A stretch of DNA of 64,000 nucleotides from Octopus vulgaris (lineage: Eukaryota), in the NCBI GenBank assembly GCA_951406725.2, contig OX597827.1, positions 8,060,001-8,124,000 on the forward strand, written 5' to 3'. Positions 13,341 to 27,283 of this stretch are shown in pieces; the stretch's first letter is position 1; each line of letters opens with the position of its first letter. Position numbers and translations under genes: made by a program. Under the pieces are notes generated by a model. It was not told the DNA's origin. It saw nothing but the letters and a program-made list of their open reading frames with translations, and searched no databases.

Positions 13341-14650
13341 TGGTTTTGCCCCAGCATGGCCACAGCCTTAGGGCTGAAATGTAGAAAAGAAAAAAAGATT
13401 TTATATACACATACACATACATATGTACATGTGTGTGTGTGTGTGTGTGTTTGTGTGTATCTGAGAATGTCTGTGAATGCTCAGCTTTCGCTGATGTTTA
13501 TTGGCAAAGGATATGAAGACTGTTGTTGAGAAAAATGCAATCTTAACAAATGGCACTTTATGAACAAATTTCCTTGAAATATTTGTTTTGCACTGAGCAG
13601 CACCATTAAAAAAAAAATCAGTGAACCAGTGACTGCTCCATTCGAAACCTGTAAGCAATGATGTTATCATCAATTACAATAGCAAATAGTTACAATGTAG
13701 AATAAATTTTTCTTCAGAAATATCAGACGAACCCACATCATGGTAAGAAGTGCAAAGGAGGACAGCTTTGTCCACTTAATCCCTTCACCAGGACTGATTC
13801 CAAACACAGGGTCCAGTAATGAACCTAAAATAAATATGCATTAATGCTAATGGCAGTGTCCCAACAAGACCATCACCTCTGGTTGAAACTGATAAAAAAG
13901 TAATTAGAAATAATTCATCACAAAATAAAACTGTAACACAGCTCATTGACAGCTTTTATTTGTTATTGTTTAAGCCAAGATCAGTTATGACTGAGCAAGT
14001 TTGTGATTATAAAGCATCCCAACCATGGCCATCCAGTTTTTTTGTGCAGCAGGAACAACACTGTCTTATGCATCATTCTATATTTAACCCTCTTAATACC
14101 AACCTGCCTGAGATTGAACCATGATTTATGGTACAAGTTTCATATTCTAAATTATTATAACTTAAAACTGAACATCAAAATTCCATGTTAATTTATTTTG
14201 TGAACCCCAGCTTAATAATGATAATGTTATTTTATGAAATTCTTCATTATTTTAATATCGAAGTGGAAAAAAACTAAATATATTCCAACAGAAATACGAT
14301 GTTGAAAGTATTAAGACATGAAGGTGAAATGTGAGGGAAATTTTGCTGATATTTCTTGCAGGCCATTCAGGAAGCCTCTAGATGCAATTATGTAGAGGCT
14401 TCCTCTGCAGGCCTGCAAAATCTGAGAATTACTAAATAGAAATCTTGATAATATTTTTGATATGTTAACAGTTATCATAATACTTTGAAATGGTATATAT
14501 ATATGCATACTATCAAATATCGAAGTAACTCTACGTAATCAAATTACAAATACATTCATTAACAAAAGAAACATTCATCAACTCATTCTGAGTTGGTGTG
14601 GGCATGGCTGGGTAGTTAATAAATTTGCTTTGAAAACATATATATATATA

Positions 14651-14711
<61 letters not shown>

Positions 14712-15042
14712 CAATTAAGGACAACTTCTTAATAAGGAATCTTAATAAGAAATTATCGGGTAGATAGCGTGAAAAACCTCATAAGAGAAAAATTTCGAAA
14801 ATAATTTTTTTCTTATTGAACATATTAATTTATATATAGAGGGCATTATTATACATAGATGCCACACGCTAAGAGGGACAAAAAGTCATTTCTACCAAAA
14901 ATTTTACTAATCCCACCGAATGCAATCTTTCAAAGCAAGACATTTAAAAAATATACATATATATATATATATATATATGCATATATACATATGTATGTGT
15001 GCATGTGCGTGTATGAGAGTATATACACACACACACACACAC

Positions 15043-15084
<42 letters not shown>

Positions 15085-15106
15085 ACACAAATATATATAT
15101 ATGTAC

Positions 15107-15143
<37 letters not shown>

Positions 15144-15736
15144 TACATATGTATGCATATATCCATACATGTATGTATATGTGTGTGGGGGTGTATGAAA
15201 TGCAACTCTATCTCTGAATTTATCTTAATGTTTGAAAACCAGTGATGGTTCATTTTCATCCCTGTAGTAGTTCGTCAAAAAACCAAAAAAATAAGTATGG
15301 ATGGAAATTTGGTTGACCAAACACTCCAAATTGTTGCAAAACAATTGAGAACAGTAAAACAAAAGAAAATATTTTATTGAATGAACCAACCGGAAGCCTC
15401 TATATATTCACTCGGCCTGTCTAAATAACAGCCAAATCTCCCTCAAATCTCACATTACTGCCATGATAAAATGGACGGATATGTTAGATAATGTTGTCTG
15501 GCTATACAAAAAGTTACTGTGGTAGCAGCTGGAGAGCCTTTTGATCACGTGTCTGCTTGATCAGAGCTGACCTGGGGTTAAACAACAACAGCCTTCAGTC
15601 AATCAATGAAGTAATATATTCTGTTAGAAAAGAAAATTATTGCAATTAAAGTAAAATTTCAGAATTGGTATGACAAATAGCAGAAGTAGGTAAATGATAC
15701 TTTTTAACCTCAAATATTGCACTCAGTTCCACTCAC

Positions 15737-15878
15737 CATCCAACAAAGAACTTTGAAACAAATCAATATTTCTTGTTGTAACTCAATAAATGCTTCATAT
15801 GTTGAAGCTACCATTCATGGGCAATGTTACGTTGAATAGGAACTGGTGGTGAGTGTTATTTTGAAAGAAGGATGGCTT
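15737..15878 (-). other. Candidate 5'UTR exon of the protocadherin
   Basis: Unique sequence bounded by acceptor GTTTGACCCCTTAACATTTCAG| and donor GATG|GTGAGT. 142 nt; contains four ATGs, none joining the main frame. Confidence 0.5.
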
Positions 15879-16317
15879 CTGAAATGTTAAGGGGTCAAAC
15901 ACTACAAATTGACAAATGATAGCAAAATTGGAAATTTTCAAAGAATTTAATTCAACAAAAGAAAGATAATAAAAGATGTAATATCAAGGTAGAAAAATAG
16001 CAAATGTGCAGTTTCAGTTATTAATTCAGTGCTAATATAATTTGCATCTTGGAACTTTCATTGTTTCCATATAAAACCAACAAATGCAAAGAAAGAGAAT
16101 AAATGTGAGTTTGAACTATATTTAGTTTAGTAATATTTGGGTTACCGTAAATAGGAAACACAGGTCCTCCACCTCTACTTTCATTCTCTCTCTGAACCAG
16201 TCTCTATCTCTGTCTCTCCCCCCCCTCTCTTTCTTCCACCCCTCTCTCTCTCATAATGAGTTCATACATACACCATACATGTATATGCATGTACATATGT
16301 ATGATGAATGTATGTAT

Positions 16318-16361
<44 letters not shown>

Positions 16362-16364
<3 letters not shown>

Positions 16365-16586
16365 CTTTATTGCCCACAAGGGGCTAAACATAGAGGGGAC
16401 AAACAAGGACAGACAAATGGATTAAGTCGATTACATTGACCCCAGTGCAAAACTGGTACTTATTTATCGACCCCGAAAGGATGAAAGGCAAAGTCGACCT
16501 CGGCGTTATTTGAACTCAGAACGTAACAACAGACGAAATACCACTAAGCATTTCGCCCGGTGCGCTAACGTGTCTGCCAGCTTGCC

Positions 16587-16590
<4 letters not shown>
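16362..16590 (-). mobile_element. SINE family B
   Basis: Reverse-complement match to the 51989 copy. Further minus copies at ~3215-3412, 36662-36858, 39186-39402, 52712-52848. Confidence 0.85.
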
Positions 16591-16635
<45 letters not shown>

Positions 16636-16755
16636 ATATATATGCATATACATACATATACACATACACACGCATATAATTAATCACATATATATATTGT
16701 TGTTTTTCGGGATGGTCATTCTTTTTTTTTTTTCCATAAATAAACTCATGCACTA

Positions 16756-17086
16756 TATATTTGTTCTTCACTTGTTTATTACTGTTCTCAATTTAACTCA
16801 TGTCCATTGTCCAGAAATCTTTTGTCACACATTTGTGACCTCCTCAGCGACACTTTCCATCTTCGTGTGTGCTCTTGCTCTGCTTATTCCTTTCGATACA
16901 GAATGGAATAAGTAGAGCAAGAGCACATATGAAGATGGAAAGTGTCACTGGGATAAGCAGAGTAAGACCACACACGAAGACGGAAAATGTTGCTGAGGAG
17001 GTCACAGATGTGTGATGAAAGATGTCTTGGTCAACGGACATGAGTTAGATGAAGAACAGCAATAAAAGAGTGAAGAACGAATATAT
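16756..17086. repeat. Fold-back element with internal duplication
   Basis: 16756-16890 is complementary to 16904-17086; a ~45-bp segment is duplicated in the right arm. Confidence 0.85.
16990..17030 (+). ncRNA. Hammerhead-like motif
   Basis: CTGAGGA 16993-16999, stem II GTCACA/TGTGAT, GAAAGATGTC 17017-17026; stem I unclear. Confidence 0.5.
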
Positions 17087-17197
17087 GGTGTGTGTGTTTA
17101 TTTGACCCCCACCAAAAAAAAACAACCATCTCAAAATACAATATATGTTTCAACACACATCTTCAAATCAGGAATCTTGCAACACAAATTCATAAAC

Positions 17198-17256
<59 letters not shown>

Positions 17257-17655
17257 GTCATACATTATACACATATAATATACAATATGCATGTGTGTCA
17301 TCATCATCATCATCATTATATTTACATTTGATTCTCCATGCTGAAATAGGTTGGGTGAAACATTATTAAGGTAAAGTTTCCATTGCTGGATGCCCTTCCT
17401 GTTCCCAACACCCACCAGTTTCCAGGCAAGCAATTTTTTTTTGTCATAGCAGGATATATTTACGTAGAAGATTGGAGATGGATAATGCTCTTTCTACATT
17501 GTTGACTCTCATTTAAAGTTATCACATGATGTCAGTCAAGATATACGCACACATACACACTCAATCACACACACATACATGCATATATGGTGAGAGAGAA
17601 AGAGAGAGAAGAGGTAGATAGGCAGACTGGCAGGGAGAAACAGAGAACTAGACAC

Positions 17656-17733
<78 letters not shown>

Positions 17734-17738
17734 GGATG

Positions 17739-17817
<79 letters not shown>

Positions 17818-18591
17818 GCATAAATACATACATACACACATACAGACATACATGCATACACACATACAAGTATTTATAAACATATATACATAAATTAATT
17901 TAATAATATATATATATATGCATTATAATAAATATCTTATTAAATCATGTGTTAGTGTGGATATATTTAATATTCATTACACTAAATCATGTGTGTGCAT
18001 ATGTACATATTTATGTATGTATGTATGTATGTATGTATGTATGTATGTATGTATGTATGTATGTATGTATGTGTGTATGTATGTATGTATGTATGTATGT
18101 GTGTATGTATGTATGTATGTATGTATGTATGTATGTATGTATGTATGTATGTATGTATGTATGTATGTATGTATGTATGTATGTATGTATGTATGTATGT
18201 ATGTGTGTATGTATGTATGTATGTATGTATGTATGTATGTATGTATGTATGTATGTATGTATGTATGTGTGTGTCTGTGTATTCATTTCCAACAAAAGCT
18301 GAGAGCAAAGAACTGAGAAAATGAATAGGCATCAAAAGTATTGGCTGATTATGCCAGAGAGATACCATGCTGTCATTGACATGTAGTGTTAATGGCCGAT
18401 GGTACACTACGTGTAAATGTGGCCTGAATTGAAAGTAGAAGTTCTTTGTAGCGGAGATAAACTGTAAAATACTTGAGAAGAAATCACATTCAGTGGTGTA
18501 GCACAAGACTCGGCCACTCTCTGTGGTAGCCAAACTGGTTGCCCTCTTCCTTCACAGTAACTTATCTTTGATTACAGCATATACACATATG

Positions 18592-19175
18592 CTGGAGTGG
18601 CTGTGTGGTAAGTAGCTTGTTTACCAACCACATGGTTCCGGGTTCAGTCCCACTGCGTGGCACCTTGGGCAAAGTGTCTTTTACTATAGCCTCGGGCCGA
18701 CCAAAGCCTTGGGAGTGGATTTGGTAGATGGAAACTGAAAGAAGCCCATCGTATATATGTATATATATATATATATAGGCGCAGGAGTGACTGTGTGGTA
18801 AGTAGCTTGTTTACCAACCACATGGTTCCGGGTTCAGTCTCACTGCGTGGCACCTTGGGCAAATGTCTTCTACTATAGCTTTGGGCCGACCAAAGCCTTG
18901 GGAATGGATTTGGTAGGCGGAAACTGAAAGAAGCCCGCCGTATATATGTATATATATATATGCGTGTGTGTGTTTGTGTGTCTGTGTTTGTCCCCATAGC
19001 ATTGCTTGACAACCGATGCTGGTGTGTTTATGTCCCCGTTACTTAGCGGTTCGGCAAAAGAGACCGATAGAATAAGTACTGGGCTTACAAAAGAACAAGT
19101 CCAGGGGTCGAGTTGCTCGATTAAAGGCGGTGCTCCAGCATGGCCGCAGTCAAATGACTGAAAGAAATAAAAGAG
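18592..19175 (+). mobile_element. SINE family A: 5' half plus full copy in tandem
   Basis: Head repeated at 18592 and 18778; the second copy runs to the tail. Confidence 0.9.
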
Positions 19176-19252
19176 AATATATAAAGTGGCTGCCTTATGT
19201 GGTTCATAATCACCCCACCACAACTATGTCACTGCATATGTTCATATATATA

Positions 19253-19575
19253 AGAGGTTCTCAACCATTTTTCGCCTACGGACCCCTTTGATTGCTAGTT
19301 TGTTCTATTGGAGCCCCGGAGCCCCCATAGCTATTTGATGTTCAAAAACTAGTTTTTTAGATACTTCTTTCAAAATTCCTTTTTTTTTTTTCACACATTA
19401 ACTTGCTTAGGTTGAACTATGTAAAACGTTTGAGAAAGAAACCGAGTTGTTTCCTGGTATAAATACATCTAAAGCAAAATTCTTTCATGGACCCTTAAAA
19501 TACTGCTGTGGATCCCTAATTTACTATTTCATATAGACCTCCTCGAGTCTTCCAGAACCTTGTTGAGAATCACTG
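19253..19575. mobile_element. hAT-type MITE, older
   Basis: AGAGGTTCTCAACC ... GTTGAGAATCACTG imperfect TIRs; internal GGACCCC motifs. Confidence 0.6.
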
Positions 19576-19647
19576 ATATCTAGGAACAGAATCTGAAACC
19601 TATACAAACACCTAATAAGTTTGAAAAATAGTTTATAAGTGATATGA

Positions 19648-19681
<34 letters not shown>

Positions 19682-19784
19682 GGAATAAACACATAAATGT
19701 GAAACAAGGTGGAAAAAAGAGTACTCAAATACCAGTGGTAGAGTAATATGCTTTATTTAAAGCAGCAGAAAATTCAACAGCAAA

Positions 19785-19826
19785 AACTGTCCGACGAATG
19801 GGAACGTGAAACTCAGAGTAACAGGT
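19785..19826 (+). ncRNA. Type I hammerhead ribozyme motif
   Basis: CTGT-CCGACGA-ATG ggaa CGT-GAAACTCAGAGTA-ACAG: stem I CTGT/ACAG, stem III ACTC/GAGT, GUA triplet; U4C in the core. Confidence 0.6.
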
Positions 19827-19856
19827 TTTGTTGAATTTTCTGCTGCTTTAAATAAA

Positions 19857-19897
<41 letters not shown>

Positions 19898-20066
19898 AGG
19901 AAAAATATCTGTGTAAGTTTATGCATATGCATATACACATATTTATATCACTAAATTTCTTACGTCAACATTTCTTAGAAGATTTTATACTATTTTTTTT
20001 TATATATGTAAGCATATATTATTATATGAATGCTTGGATGCTGTTGTTTTTATGTGTAAAATGCAA

Positions 20067-20099
<33 letters not shown>

Positions 20100-20386
20100 A
20101 ATAAAGGAAAAGTAAAACAGAACTAATCGCTATGTGTAGTCATATTCAGAAATTTCTATTGTATTTTGGGGGTGGGGGTGACAGACAAATCACTGGTGAT
20201 GTCAGACATCATATGACAGTCAGCCATCTTGTTTATTGCTTTTTCAACCATTGCAGGAGTCCACTAAATATGGCTGTGTCCAATGAGTATCGAACATTAG
20301 CATGAAACCATGGTACAGATATAATATCACATGCTAAATGCTTATGTGTGCACACACACATGCACACATGCATGCACAACTCCCCA

Positions 20387-20420
<34 letters not shown>

Positions 20421-20423
<3 letters not shown>

Positions 20424-20809
20424 TCTTTTACTTGTTTCAGTCATTTGACTGCGGCCATGCTGGAGCACCGCCTTTAGTCGAGCAAATCGACCCCGGGACT
20501 TATTCTTTGTAAGCCCAGTACTTATTCTATCGTTCTCTTTTGCCGAACCACTAAGTGACGGGGACGTAAACACACCAGCATCGGTTGTCAAGCAATGCTA
20601 GGGGGACAAACACACACACACACACATACACATATATACATATATACGACAGGCTTCTTTCAGTTTCCATCTACCAAATCCACTCACAAGGCATTGGTCG
20701 GCCCGGGGCTATAGCAGAAGACACTTGCCCAAGATGCTACGCAGTGGGACTGAACCCGGAACCATGTGGTTGGTTAGCAAGCTACTTACCACACAGCCAC
20801 TCCTGCACC
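20421..20809 (-). mobile_element. SINE family A, full length
   Basis: Reverse complement of the 6588 copy, inserted in (TA)n. Confidence 0.9.
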
Positions 20810-21640
20810 TATATATATATATATATATCTGTATATTTATATTGATATACATGTGCAAATGAATATACATAAATCATTATTTCAACATGTTTTTGAATGC
20901 TGGCATTGGTTAATATGAGTGTCGTTGTCTCCTTTCTTAATTAATTAAGTACAAAAAAATGACAGGCATAGCTATGTGGTTAAAAAACCTGTTTCACAAC
21001 TGTTAGCTTTGGTTTGGTTCCAATCCCTCAATGAAGTACCTTGAACAAGTGTCTTGTGTTATAGGTTTGGACTGACCAATGCCTTGAAAGTGAATTTGAT
21101 TGATGGAAACTGTATGGAAGCCCATTGTATGTATGTGTGTGTGTGTGAGAGTGTGAGTGTGTGTGTGAGTGTGTGTGCATATGTTTGTGTGTGTGTCTTA
21201 GTGTGTGTGTGTGTCTGTCACCTACCTACCTACTGCTTGACAATTGGTGATAGTTTGATAATGTCCACATAACATTGTGGTTCAGCAAAAGAAATTGACT
21301 GAATAAATATGAGACTTTGAAAAATAAATATTGGGGCCAGTTTGCTTGACTAGACCCTTCAAGGCAGTGTCCCAGCATGGCTGCAGTCCAATGACTGAAA
21401 CAAGTAAAAAATTAAAAGATATCTTTCTGAAACATTGAGACTCCTTTATTATAAACTACAGTTTTGTTATCCTATAATTTGCATTATGTAATAATCAATT
21501 GAAATTCTTATTCATTTAAACATGTTACACCCTAATTATGAAATTATCAAAAGTAGTGAATATATAACCTCATTAAGGACAATGTATTGGACTCTGTCTT
21601 CAAAATAATGTCGTATCTAATTTGATATGTCTCTCTAGAC

Positions 21641-21859
21641 CAGTGGTTTTCAACCAGGGTTCCTCAGAACCTTAGGGTTCCGCCAGTACAGTCCAGGGGT
21701 TCTGCAAGAAGTTTCAAAACTGCTAAAATCGGCAGTAATTTTTAATTCCCCTATGCAGATATGTGTGCATAAGACTATTAAATTATTGCACAGGGGTTCC
21801 TCGAGCCAGTGGAATGTTTCCTTGGGGTTCCGCTCCAGCAAAAAGGTTGAAAAGCACTG
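21641..21859. mobile_element. hAT (Charlie/Buster-type) MITE
   Basis: TIRs CAGTGGTTTTCAACC / GGTTGAAAAGCACTG; perfect 8-bp TSD CTCTAGAC (21633-21640, 21860-21867). Confidence 0.9.
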
Positions 21860-21914
21860 CTCTAGACCATATGAAGTCAACTTTCTAGAACAAAATAAAA
21901 TGTGTGCATACATA

Positions 21915-22638
21915 AAAGCCTTGGGTGATGCCTCGGGATCAACCAACCTTATGAGTGGATTTGGTAGAGAGAAACTGAAAGAAGCTGGTTGTACACTTAT
22001 GTGTGTGTGTGCGCTTGTGCCTGTGTTTGTCTCCCTCCACTGCTGCTTGATGAATAGTGTTCGTGTGTTTACATCCCTGTAACTTAGCAATTTGGCAAAA
22101 GAGACAGATGGAATAGGTACCAGGCCTTAAAAAAAACAAAAAACAATAAATACTGGGGTTGATTCATTTGACTAAAATTTCTTCAATGCACTGCCCCAGT
22201 ATGGCCACGATCTAATAACTGAAACAAGTAAAAGATAAAAGATAGAGTGGCTGTGTGGTAAGTAGCTTGCTTACCAACCACATGGTTCTGGGTTCAGTCC
22301 CACTGCGTGGCATCTTGGGCAAGTGTCTTCTGCTATAGCCCCGGGCTGACCAATGCCTTGTGAGTGGATTTGGTAGACAGAAACTGAAAGAAGCCCGTCG
22401 TATATATGTATATATATATGCGTGTGTGTGTTTGTATGTCTGTGTTTGTCCCCCTAGCATTGCTTCACAACCGATGCTGGTGTGTTTATGTCCCCGTTAC
22501 TTAGCAGTTCGGCAAAAGAGACCGATAGAATAAATACTGGGCTTACAAAAGAATAAGTCCCGGGGTCGAGTTGCTCGATTAAAGGCGGTGCTCCAGCATG
22601 GCCGCAGTCAAATGACTGAAACAAGTAAAAGAGTAAAG
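21915..22638 (+). mobile_element. SINE family A: old degenerate copy followed by a young copy (22244-22638)
   Basis: Two successive matches to the family; another degenerate copy lies at ~20964-21420. Confidence 0.85.
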
Positions 22639-23954
22639 ATATAGTTTATTTTAAATTGCTGGGACTAATATTTTTTTTAGATATTGACTTTTAGGATTTG
22701 ATGGCAGATTATTTCAAATTTGAATGCAATCAAAAATTTGGTCTCAGTGTAGGACTCTAGAACTTACTTTGGATAATATTCTAATATTACATTGTAAGTA
22801 ACCGAATCCTTTGCTTTTCTCAAGTTTTGGAAGACAATATTAAAATTTGAACATTATTTCAATGTGTAAACAAATCCATCATTGAAGTAGTATATAAAAT
22901 GTTTGCTACTATCAAACAGATTGAAAATTATGTTCATTTAGATTTAAAGATTTGTTTTCTAGAAGTTCAATATATTTTTAACTTGGCATTCTTTGAAATA
23001 GTTCCATCATGTGGAAGGAGTGTTAAATCAACCTGAATTTGTTTTGAAACGTCAAAAGACATGTCTCCATTATGAAAAAGAAAACATCATATATTGGCAG
23101 AAAAAGATGAAGTTAAGATCAACAACAAGAAATCAATTATGCATCTGGAAAGGATGACACTAATAAATGGGTTGTAATGGGAATGAAAGACTGTATACAA
23201 GAAACTGAGAAAAGACGGAAAATAAGGAGAAACAAAGGAGCCAGAGTCAACAAGAGAACGTCTACTTGTTTCTTCCACCTGCTAGAAATGGGAACCAAAA
23301 TTCCCTCAGATCTCCACCCTTCCCCTGTTAACAAAAATGTGAAATGTTGGAAATGTAGCATTAGATAAACTATGATGACTAAAAAAATAATAATAATAAT
23401 AATAATAATAATAGTAAAAAAGCAGAGAATGTTAGCTAGAATGACTTTGGTCAAATGGCTAACTGCTCAATCAGAGTTGATAAGAAGCTAAACTCATATG
23501 CATGAGGTCAGGAGGGGACTTTGCACCAGCCACAGATTTGGTCAGTAGCCCTCAACAGGTTGTCTCATAGGAACCTCCAGTTGTCCTCCACATTATATGA
23601 TGCTACATCCTCCTCTTTTTCATCAAAAGCTTCAAGTAATATGTCTCCAAATCTCTCTCCATTCAGAGGATCCATAAGCTTCCAGACCCTTCTTTTCCAC
23701 ACTGTGTGTATATATATTTATATAATAATAATATTAGGGAGTAAATCCAAACTTACAGGGAAAAATTAGATTTAGGATTAAATCTAATTTTACAGTATAA
23801 ATATATATTAAATTAGAGATAAAACCACTATTAGGCGAATCAAACAGTGAAAAGCATAAACCAAAACATAGAAATATAATTAATTAATTTTATTTCTATG
23901 CTTTGGTTTATGTTTTTCACTGTTTGATTTGCCTAATAGTGGTTTTATCTCTAA

Positions 23955-24010
<56 letters not shown>

Positions 24011-24051
24011 AAAAAAGAAGTTTGAAAACGCCACTATATTAGATAAATTTT

Positions 24052-24098
24052 AATTTTATTTGTTTCGGTTCTTGAAAAAACGAACCTTATCAAAAAAA
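24052..24098 (-). ncRNA. Hammerhead-like motif, U3-A8 variant
   Basis: Minus strand TTGATAA-GGTTC(10 nt)GAACC-GAAACAAATA; partial second copy at ~24160-24186. Confidence 0.5.
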
Positions 24099-25421
24099 TT
24101 TATTATAAAAAGTATAATGGAACAGTTCATAATTGTTACATACATTCAATAGATTCCATGTTCTTGAAAAGACGAACCTTATCAAATATATTATAAAGAG
24201 TATAATAGAAAAAAATCCATAGTCGTTCCTTACTGTTTTATATATATGTATATATATATATATATACATATATACATATATACATATATGTGTGTGTGTG
24301 TGTGTGTGTATATGCATTTGTCTGTGCATAATGGCATGTTTGTGTTTCTATATCTTGACATTGTGAGATAGTTGTAAATGAAAGCCACTGTCATGCAAGC
24401 AGTGTCATCACTTGTTTCCAGTATTATTCTGCAAAATTATATCTGGCCATGGGGAAATCTAACCTTGCTTGGAAACAGGTGAGTGTTGGCGACTGGAAAA
24501 GCAACCAGCTGTAGAAAAATCTCTCTTAATAAACCTCATCCCTTAATAAACCATGGAAAAGTGGACATTAAAACGATGTTGATGATTAAAAGGTTATGCA
24601 GTGATGTAAAGGTAGCATTAATCAATGACTAATATTATTTTAATCATTTTGACAAATATAGCAAACAACATCAGATGTGTTCTGGTCTTATTAAACTTCC
24701 TAGGAGAAGTATAGAATTCATCGTTCTTACCAAAGTGATGATGAGACAATCAATAAGTAACTCTACAATATTCTATAAGTGAAGATATGAATAATTAGTA
24801 ATAATTAGCTTTTTTTTTCTAAATGAACTCATTAAGGTTAATTATTCAACATCAAATGGAAAAACAGTATTTAAATTAAAAGTTAATATATTCAATGTGG
24901 TCCTTTTAACAAGGCTGAAGTCGTCTTCCTCATTTACCCAAATCATTAAAATAGCTAATGTTGTCTTTTACTCATTACATAATATTTCTAATTAGATTTT
25001 AATGCTCACCACGTTATATTGGTACTAACTTGGCTATTATTTTTCTTGCAGATGGTGTCCCCGAAAATGGCCACAGATTTGAGACTGGGAATAAATGGGT
25101 AACATTTTGTCCTCATGCATAATGCACACACTTAATTTTTAAGCATAAAAGATCAAAGAAAATGTGTATATTATACACAAATAAATACAGTAATCTCAGT
25201 GATTTATTTTATTAAAATATCACAACACAAACACACACATACGGTTTTTTTTATAGATATAAACATCATATAGGTATTAAAGAGAGCATATTTAGGCTTA
25301 GATATGAGAGTAAGCATGTGTGGACAAAATAGGTAATAGATATTTTGACATCATTATCGTTGCTGTTGTTGTCAACATTGTCATCATCTTCCTCATTGTT
25401 GTTTGCAGCAGCGTTGTTTAA

Positions 25422-25644
25422 CCCTTTCATTACTGTATTTATTTTGAGATGCTCTGTGTTTCTTTCAATTTATTTTAAACATAACAAAGAATTTAGTAAA
25501 GTAACTTCGTTATCATTCAGCTAGTGTTAGGAACATAAATTGTGAATTAAGGTTTGGTGGAAGATTTTAATTAAAAACTTATGAAAACAAAACATTTGTA
25601 CTACAGAGCCAGAGCCGGTTTTAGCTGGGTTAGTAACAAAAGGG
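25422..25644. mobile_element. piggyBac-type MITE (TTAA TSD)
   Basis: TTAA|CCCTTTCATTAC ... GTAACAAAAGGG|TTAA; a related reverse copy at ~14088-14310. Confidence 0.7.
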
Positions 25645-26260
25645 TTAACATCCGTTTTTCCCTTTGGCTTGAGCTAGACAGTCTGACAGGAACCAGAGGA
25701 CTTTGCTAGGCACTAGCATAGCTGGGCTGAGGACAGCAGGGGCAGTTTCAAAGAGGCACTTTCAAAGAGAGGCACTTTCAAAGAGGTGGCACTTTCAAAG
25801 AGGTGGCAATTTTCATCCTGTTGAAGGCTATTGCTGTTGGCAATATGTGCTTTTTGTGGGGTTCGGGACCAGCAAACAGAAGGGCCCCTTTGGTGGCACA
25901 CACTCTAGCTAAGCTAGTGGTGCCAGGCTCCAATGTCTGCTTTGGTATGGCTTCTCTGGCTAGATACCTTTCCTAGCACCAACTACTCTACGAAGTGAAC
26001 TAGATATTTTATTGCGGCACCAATACTAGTGGAGTCACCAATTAATCTGCAAGACAAGATCCCTTAACTGGAGTGTAGGTGAAGTATTGAGGGAGATAGC
26101 TTCATACCAGGCGTTGAGTGGTTAAAGAATGATAGAAGGACAAGAACAGGTGCCTTGCTGAAGAGGAAAGGCAGGACTTCCCCAGCTAGAAATAGAGAAA
26201 AGAGATGTAAGGGTGTTTCATCACTGTGCAAGGTGAATAAAAGAGAAAACAGGGATAGAG

Positions 26261-26518
26261 CAGTAGTTCTCAACTGGGATCCATTTGGCCCTTAGGAGGT
26301 CCATAAAAGATTTTGTTGTTAAAATTTATCTGCAATAAATTTGTTATACTTTTACAATGCACAAAATTATTTTAACAATTTTTTAATACAATTCATAATA
26401 ATATTTAATTATAAAAATATAATATGATTTTTTAAAGCATCGAATCATTAAGAACGTCCATATGAGTAAAATAGGAACCAACAGAATCTATGGGTAAAAA
26501 AATAGTCGAGAAACCCTG
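26261..26518. mobile_element. hAT-type MITE, older
   Basis: CAGTAGTTCTCAAC ... GTCGAGAAACCCTG; flanks GGATAGAG / GCATTGAG (6/8 match). Confidence 0.65.
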
Positions 26519-26850
26519 GCATTGAGGATCTGAATGGGGTGAGTGGGTAGGTAAGTTTGCGAGAGTGTGAAAGGAGCATGACAGATGGTTAGCAAAGGGG
26601 ATTGAGCTGGAGGCAGTGAATGAGACTAAACAATGATGAGTAGAGCTAATACCAACCTACTGTAATTTGCAAGAACAGCTTTAATGAACAAAAAAGATGC
26701 TACTGGAGCCCAGATGGATGATTGCGTTTGTAAATGATATTGCACGGCATATGATTAGTCAGTTATGAAACAAATCAATTTCCATTTCTAAACTTAGAAA
26801 CTTTGCTTCACACCCACCGATGATTACTGGAACTCTCTCTCTCTCTCTCT

Positions 26851-26927
<77 letters not shown>

Positions 26928-27188
26928 CATATATATATATATATGTATATATATATGTATATACATATATATATATATACATATATATATATACATATAT
27001 ATATATACATATATATACATATATATATATGCATATATATATATACATATATATACATATACATATATATATATATGTATATGTATATATATGTATATAT
27101 ATGTATATATATATATGTATATGTATATATATGTATATATATGTATATATATATGTATATACATATATATATATACACATATATATAC

Positions 27189-27230
<42 letters not shown>

Positions 27231-27250
27231 ACATATATATATGTATATAC

Positions 27251-27283
<33 letters not shown>

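Noticed and set aside
14710-14950. TA-flanked insert as another hammerhead element (also 55030-55190)
   Set aside because: No complete core plus GAAA arrangement found; left unclassified.
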